The notes below the pieces were generated by a model. It saw only the letters and a list, made by a program, of their open reading frames with translations, was not told the origin of the DNA and searched no databases. From Gammaproteobacteria bacterium (GTDB lineage Bacteria; Pseudomonadota; Gammaproteobacteria; Eutrophobiales; Eutrophobiaceae), in contig CBDBDW010000002.1 in assembly GCA_965204045.1 (NCBI GenBank), positions 2,946,610 to 3,010,609 of the forward strand: a DNA stretch of 64,000 nt, in the 5' to 3' direction. Below, in pieces: positions 59,086 through 64,000 of this stretch. The position numbers and the translations under genes are program-made. Each line of letters opens with the position of its first letter. The first letter of the stretch is position 1.

Positions 59086-60834
59086 TTATTGCCGAATGAT
59101 CCTGGGCAGCATCACCTGGTGCCTGGGGCAGATTGAGCGGGGGTTCTGGTAGGCCGCGCCGGCAAATGCCGTGAGATAATTGCGCAAGTCCGCCAGGTCC
59201 ACGATCTCATCGACCAGGCCGTAACGCGCGCAATACTCGGGGCTGGAATGCTGCCGGTATTGTTCAGCAAGCGCGTTCATCCTGCCGGCCACTTCATCCA
59301 GTGCCTTGCCCGCGTCCTTGTCCTTCATTGCGCGCCTCGAGTACATGGCGACCGCTGCGGTTTCCCCGTGCATGACTGCGATCTCGGTGGCCGGCGTGCC
59401 CAGCGTGAACGCATTGTGCCGGTTTGCGGTCGGTCCTCCCATCAGGTAATGGGCCGCGGCCGTACCCTTGCGCAGGACGACAAGCATCATGGGCACGTCG
59501 GTCTGCTGTATGGAATAAATCAGGGACTGGCCCAGGCCGAGCAATTCGGCTTTCTCCGCCAGGTCGCCGACGTCGATGCCGGACGTATCCTGGAACCAGA
59601 CAACCGGGATTCGGTCCCGGCCGCAGTGGGTGACGAATTCGTTCATCTTGATCAGGCCCTGGCGGTACAGTTTCCCTCCCATGCCGGGATAGTCCGCATA
59701 CTCCGGATAACCTTTGCCCAGGTAGCCGGAACGGTTGCCGATACAGCCGACCGCGAAGCCGTCCATCCTGCACAATCCGGTATAGACCTCCGGGCCGTAG
59801 TCCGGCCGGAACTCCATGTGTTCGCTGCCGTCCACCACCCGGGCCAGTATTTCATCGAACGAATACACTTCCTTCTGGTTGCCGGGCAACAGGTAATACA
59901 GGTCCTCCGCTGCAAATGCCGGTTCCGCAGGATCTGCAACCCGGAAAAAACGGGGTTTGTAGGCGGGTATGGCTTCCATGTATTCCCGGATGCCGTCGAG
60001 CACACCGGTCTCCTCGTCAAACACCTCGGTAAAGAACCCGGTCTCCCGGTAATGGGTATCGACTCCTCCCGGCGGTTCGGCGCTGAAGGCGCGGGTCTTC
60101 TCAACCAGGTCTTCCAGCATTTCCGCGCTGAAGCCTCCTTTCGGCGCCATGCCCGAGACGATGCCGACACCGCCGACGGCTATGTTGGCGCCCTTGTGGG
60201 CCAGCAGAATGGTGGGGCTGATACCCTGGTAGCCGCCGCCCGCAGGGTTGGTGCCGTAGATGCCGGCCAGTACGGGGATGCCCAGCTGGTTCAACTCCGC
60301 ATGGCGATAAAACGTCGTGCCCGACCCGCGCCGGTTGGCATAGAATTTTTCCTGTTCATCCAGTTTCACCCCGCTGCAGTTGACCAGCCAGATCAACGGG
60401 ATATTAAGGCGCTTTGCGAGGTCGGTAACGCGCAGTATGTTCTCCGACTGGCCCGGCAACCAGGCGCCGGCCAGCACCTTGTTGTCGAAACCGATCACGA
60501 CGGCCCAGCGTCCTGCAACCCTGGCAAGCCCGTCCACCACGTTGGTTGACCCGTTGGCATTATCTGAAGGGTTGTACAAGCTGTGCAATGGCCGCCAGGT
60601 CCCCGGGTCGATAAGGTATTCAAGGCGTTGCCATACTGTCATCGAACCGCGCTTGTTGATCTGCTCGGTGGAGAACCCTGCGTTCTCGATGTCTTTCCTG
60701 CGTTGCCCGATTTCCGCCTCGACCTGTTTCAACTGTTCCATGCTTGCAGAAGCACGCTTGATGCGGCCGGACTTCAATTCCTTGCCGAATCGCTGCATGT
60801 TCTCAAAATAAGGCTTCATAAGATTTTTTCTCAA
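59086..60834 (-). CDS. carboxyltransferase (alpha) subunit of a biotin-dependent Na+-translocating decarboxylase (GcdA/MmdA-like)
   Basis: Two crotonase-like carboxyltransferase half-domains. 582 aa as in GcdA. Confidence 0.8.
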   Translation of the reverse strand: MRKNLMKPYFENMQRFGKELKSGRIKRASASMEQLKQVEAEIGQRRKDIENAGFSTEQINKRGSMTVWQRLEYLIDPGTWRPLHSLYNPSDNANGSTNVVDGLARVAGRWAVVIGFDNKVLAGAWLPGQSENILRVTDLAKRLNIPLIWLVNCSGVKLDEQEKFYANRRGSGTTFYRHAELNQLGIPVLAGIYGTNPAGGGYQGISPTILLAHKGANIAVGGVGIVSGMAPKGGFSAEMLEDLVEKTRAFSAEPPGGVDTHYRETGFFTEVFDEETGVLDGIREYMEAIPAYKPRFFRVADPAEPAFAAEDLYYLLPGNQKEVYSFDEILARVVDGSEHMEFRPDYGPEVYTGLCRMDGFAVGCIGNRSGYLGKGYPEYADYPGMGGKLYRQGLIKMNEFVTHCGRDRIPVVWFQDTSGIDVGDLAEKAELLGLGQSLIYSIQQTDVPMMLVVLRKGTAAAHYLMGGPTANRHNAFTLGTPATEIAVMHGETAAVAMYSRRAMKDKDAGKALDEVAGRMNALAEQYRQHSSPEYCARYGLVDEIVDLADLRNYLTAFAGAAYQNPRSICPRHQVMLPRIIRQ

Positions 60835-60979
60835 ACAGAAATGGATGATGTCAGAAGGCTTTACCCTTGCGGGTGGAACACATTATAAATTAGGAATCAG
60901 GAATTAGGAATTAAGAATTCCATACATTAGCGGTTATAATGTATTACCTGTCCCGCCGACAGGCAAAACAATAACCAGG

Positions 60980-61381
60980 ATGTCACTTATGCGGATACTA
61001 CAACCACCGGATTGGCCCGGACCAAAAGGCTATTCTAACGGAATTGCAGCACGGGGCAGGCTGGTATTCGTCGCCGGGCAGATCGGCTGGGACAGGAACA
61101 ATATGATTCTCAGCGATAATCTCGCCGACCAGGTGCGCCAGGCCCTGGAGAATACGATTGCAGTGCTGGCGGAAGCGAATGCCGGGCCCGAGCATGTCAC
61201 CAGGATGACCTGGTATATCCTGGACAAACAGGAATACCTGTCATCCCGGAAGGATATAGGTCAGGTCTACAGGGAAATCATGGGCAGGAACTACCCGGCA
61301 ATGTCATTGCTGGCGGTCTCCGCACTGCTTGAGGACGGGGCAAAGGTGGAAATCGAAACAACGGCCGTCATACCCGATTGA
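60980..61381 (+). CDS. RidA/YjgF-family protein
   Basis: 133 aa with YjgF-like fold motifs (PARS..). Confidence 0.8.
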   Translation: MSLMRILQPPDWPGPKGYSNGIAARGRLVFVAGQIGWDRNNMILSDNLADQVRQALENTIAVLAEANAGPEHVTRMTWYILDKQEYLSSRKDIGQVYREIMGRNYPAMSLLAVSALLEDGAKVEIETTAVIPD

Positions 61382-61390
61382 GGCAATACC

Positions 61391-61891
61391 GTGTCCGGCG
61401 TCAAGCAAGACGGCAGGGAAACTGATCCTTCAAAAGCTCAAACCGGCGATTCCAAACATTCGCTGAGGGCCTGGCTCTACCTTCTCAAGTGTTCAAAAAA
61501 ACTTGACCAGATCATGTCGGCCAGGCTGCGGCAGTCCTATGGGAGTTCCCTGTCCAGGTTCGATGTGCTGGCGCACCTTGACCTGGCGGGAGACGCGGGT
61601 CTCAGCACCTCTGCACTGGCAGCAAAACTGCTGGCGTCGAGAGGAAATATCACCCGCCTGCTGGACAGGATGGAGCATGACGGTCTCGTCTTCAGAAATC
61701 AGCACTCGTCGGACAGGCGCGTCCAGAATATCTGTTTGTCACGGGCGGGCGCCGAACTGTTCCGTCAGATGGCGCCGGACCATGAGCGCTGGACCCACGA
61801 AATCCTGAGTGTGCTCAAGCCCGTGGAACAGGAGGAACTCGTGCGCCTGCTGAAGACCGTAAGGGAACGCCTGGAAGAAGAACAGGGGTGA
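61391..61891 (+). CDS. MarR-family transcriptional regulator
   Basis: Winged helix LSTSALAAKLLASRGNITRLLDRMEHDGLVFR...DRR. Confidence 0.8.
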   Translation: MSGVKQDGRETDPSKAQTGDSKHSLRAWLYLLKCSKKLDQIMSARLRQSYGSSLSRFDVLAHLDLAGDAGLSTSALAAKLLASRGNITRLLDRMEHDGLVFRNQHSSDRRVQNICLSRAGAELFRQMAPDHERWTHEILSVLKPVEQEELVRLLKTVRERLEEEQG

Positions 61892-61978
61892 GCAGAAAAT
61901 CCTGAAGAGAGTCGAGACGCAAATCGTTTACATGTAAGATAATCCCATTTACACTCTGGTAAAAATGGAACGGCTTGC

Positions 61979-64000
61979 ATGAACGGTTTGAAAATAGTCT
62001 GTCTCGGAGGGGGGCCGTCTTCGCTCTATTTCTCCCTGCTGATGAAAAAAGCGAATCCCGGTCATGATATTACCGTGATCGAGCGCGGTCCGCGCGACGC
62101 CACCTGGGGTTTCGGGGTGGTATTTTCCGATGATACCCTGCACGGGTTCATGGAGGCCGATGCGCCCAGCTACAAACGCATAGTCGAGCAGTTCGCCTAC
62201 TGGGACAGGATAGAGACGCGCATCCATGGGACCCGGGTCGTCAGCGGCGGCCACGGCTTCTGCGGCCTGTCGCGCCTTAAGCTGCTGAATGCCCTGCATG
62301 ACCGTTGCGAGGAGCTTGGCGTTACCCTGAGATTCAATACCGACATCACCGACCTGGCGCAACTGGACATGGACGGCCACGACCTGGTTGTCGCCGGCGA
62401 CGGCATCACCTCCATGGTGCGCAGCGCGTATGCCGAAGAATTCGGCACCGAAATGGACTGGCGTCCCAATCGCTTTTGCTGGCTGGCTACCACCCTGCCG
62501 CTGGACAATTTCACCTTTGCGTTCCGCCGCAACGAACATGGCTGGTGGTGGGTGCACGGGTACCGTTATGAAGAGGGCATGTCCACCTGGATCGTGGAGT
62601 GCAGCCACCAGGCCTGGCTGAATGCAGGGATGGATGCGTTCTCGGAGGAGGATACCCGGGCTTATATCGAGGAGGTGTTCAGGGAAGACCTGCAAGGCCA
62701 TCCCATCATCACCAACCGCTCGCCCTGGCGCGAGTTTCCCGTGGTGAGCAACGCAAGGCTCTGTCACGGGAATATCGTGCTGCTGGGCGATGCGGGCCGC
62801 TCGGCGCATTTTTCCATCGGTTCCGGCACCAAGCTGGCCATGGAAGACGCGATCACGCTGGCGCATGTATTTCAGCAACACGGCAACCGGGTCAGTGCGG
62901 CCCTGGATGCCTACCAGGAGATGCGCAAACCCGAGGCGGACCGCCTGCAGCGCACCGCGGTCACCAGTCTGCGCTGGTTCGAGAACGTGGACCGTTACGC
63001 CCGGCAGGATGCGCTGCAATTCACGTTCAACATGCTGGTGCGTTCCAAACGCGTGACTTACGACAACCTGAGGCTGCGCGATCCGGCTTTTATCCGTTCT
63101 ATGGACCGCTGGTTTGCGCAACATGCCCGCACCCTGACCGGGTTCGACGATATCGACACGGAAAACCCTGCAGCGCCGATGTTCCAGCCGTTCAGGATAG
63201 GCGGACTGCGCGTGGAGAACCGCGTACAGTTGTCCGCCATGTGCCAGTACTGCGCACCGGACGGCATGCCCGGAGACTGGCATTTTGTTCATTACGGCGC
63301 CCGGGCCGTAGGCGGCGTCGGTCTCGTGAATACGGAAATGCTGTGCACCTCCGCGGACGGGCGCATCACGCCCGGCTGCGCCGGGATATGGAATGCGGAA
63401 CAGGCGGAACAATGGCGGCGTATCTGTACGTTCGTGCACAGCCACAGCAATGCAAAAATCTGTGCGCAGATAGGTCACGCCGGGCGCAAGGGCGCGACCT
63501 GCATCCCCTGGCAGGGCGGCATCGACCAGCCCCTTCCGGAAAATGCCTGGGAGATTATTGCGCCGTCTGCCTTGCCGTACCTGGAGCACAGCCGCCTGCC
63601 CAGGGAAATGTCGGGGGAAGAGATGGACAGGGTGGAAGCCGATTTCGTGAATGCCACCGTGAACGCCGTTACCGGCGGTTTCGACATGCTGGAACTGCAC
63701 ATGGCGCACGGTTACCTGCTGTCTTCGTTCATCAGTCCTTACACCAACCGGCGCGCCGACGAGTACGGCGGGGATATAGGCAACCGGGCCCGCTACCCGT
63801 TGCGCATCCTGCGCGCCGTGCGCCGGGCATGGCCGGCGGAACGGCCCGTATCGGTGAGAATTTCAGCAACGGACTGGATCAGCGGCGGACTGACCGAACA
63901 GGACCTGCGGGAACTCCTCCTGCTGCTCAAGGAAAGCGGCGCCGACATTATCAACGTGTCAACGGGCCAGGTGGTCAGTCACGAAGATCCCGTTTACGGG
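61979..64000 (+). CDS. bifunctional FAD-dependent aromatic hydroxylase / Old-Yellow-Enzyme-like oxidoreductase (salicylyl-CoA 5-hydroxylase-like); 3' end outside window. Not in the supplied ORF track.
   Basis: My own translation from the ATG at 61979 has no stop for 674 codons. N-terminal FAD motif KIVCLGGGPSSLYFSLL. C-terminal OYE motifs (FRIGGLRVENR, HMAHGYLLSSFISPYTNRRADEYGG). Confidence 0.75.
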   Translation, partial: MNGLKIVCLGGGPSSLYFSLLMKKANPGHDITVIERGPRDATWGFGVVFSDDTLHGFMEADAPSYKRIVEQFAYWDRIETRIHGTRVVSGGHGFCGLSRLKLLNALHDRCEELGVTLRFNTDITDLAQLDMDGHDLVVAGDGITSMVRSAYAEEFGTEMDWRPNRFCWLATTLPLDNFTFAFRRNEHGWWWVHGYRYEEGMSTWIVECSHQAWLNAGMDAFSEEDTRAYIEEVFREDLQGHPIITNRSPWREFPVVSNARLCHGNIVLLGDAGRSAHFSIGSGTKLAMEDAITLAHVFQQHGNRVSAALDAYQEMRKPEADRLQRTAVTSLRWFENVDRYARQDALQFTFNMLVRSKRVTYDNLRLRDPAFIRSMDRWFAQHARTLTGFDDIDTENPAAPMFQPFRIGGLRVENRVQLSAMCQYCAPDGMPGDWHFVHYGARAVGGVGLVNTEMLCTSADGRITPGCAGIWNAEQAEQWRRICTFVHSHSNAKICAQIGHAGRKGATCIPWQGGIDQPLPENAWEIIAPSALPYLEHSRLPREMSGEEMDRVEADFVNATVNAVTGGFDMLELHMAHGYLLSSFISPYTNRRADEYGGDIGNRARYPLRILRAVRRAWPAERPVSVRISATDWISGGLTEQDLRELLLLLKESGADIINVSTGQVVSHEDPVYG

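Noticed and set aside
59248-60549. 433-aa plus-strand ORF
   Set aside because: Antisense to the carboxyltransferase gene. Low-complexity R/G/A-rich product.
61949-63709. 586-aa minus-strand ORF in the supplied track
   Set aside because: It is exactly antisense to a plus-strand gene with strong FAD-monooxygenase and OYE motifs. This is a typical high-GC shadow ORF with no motifs.
1-64000. CRISPR arrays, rRNA genes, tRNA genes
   Set aside because: No short direct-repeat/spacer periodicity and no rRNA-like conserved stretches. I saw no cloverleaf-like GC-rich 75-90 nt segments in intergenic regions, but tRNAs cannot be excluded by eye, so tRNAscan-SE should be run.

Overview
High-GC (about 55%) proteobacterial chromosomal segment, probably gammaproteobacterial. 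The core-gene backbone is recognisable and includes an IS66 fragment, a cysI-DUF934 pair, an RsbU/V/W-like partner-switching module, divergent ssb-uvrA, rpsF-rpsR-rplI-dnaB-radA, phaA-phaC, leuCD, and a Na+-translocating biotin-dependent decarboxylase operon fused to a beta-oxidation-like gene set. Several accessory insertions sit in this backbone. (1) The window starts inside an IS66-family transposase. Next to it is a PUA/EVE-like + PD-(D/E)xK fusion, a candidate modification-dependent restriction enzyme. (2) A roughly 9 kb defence island lies at 20.9-30.5 kb. It holds a HigB/HigA-like toxin-antitoxin pair and a type III-like R-M system, whose Mod has an unusual N-terminal extension and is separated from its Res by three embedded genes. 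Those genes encode a zinc-ribbon/DUF4145-like protein, a coiled-coil ABC-type ATPase and a 188-aa partner. A diverged duplicate of the mod 3' end marks a recombination scar. I consider this embedded ATPase/partner/DUF4145 module inside a type III R-M the most likely undescribed system in the window. (3) A lower-GC type II R-M pair at 38.3-40.5 kb has an SPPY methyltransferase and a candidate NgoMIV/Cfr10I-like endonuclease. (4) A MITE-like palindromic element occurs three times and a REP-like palindrome family occurs at least three times. I saw no rRNA or CRISPR and no obvious tRNA. All protein calls come from reading motifs in the supplied translations, with no database search.
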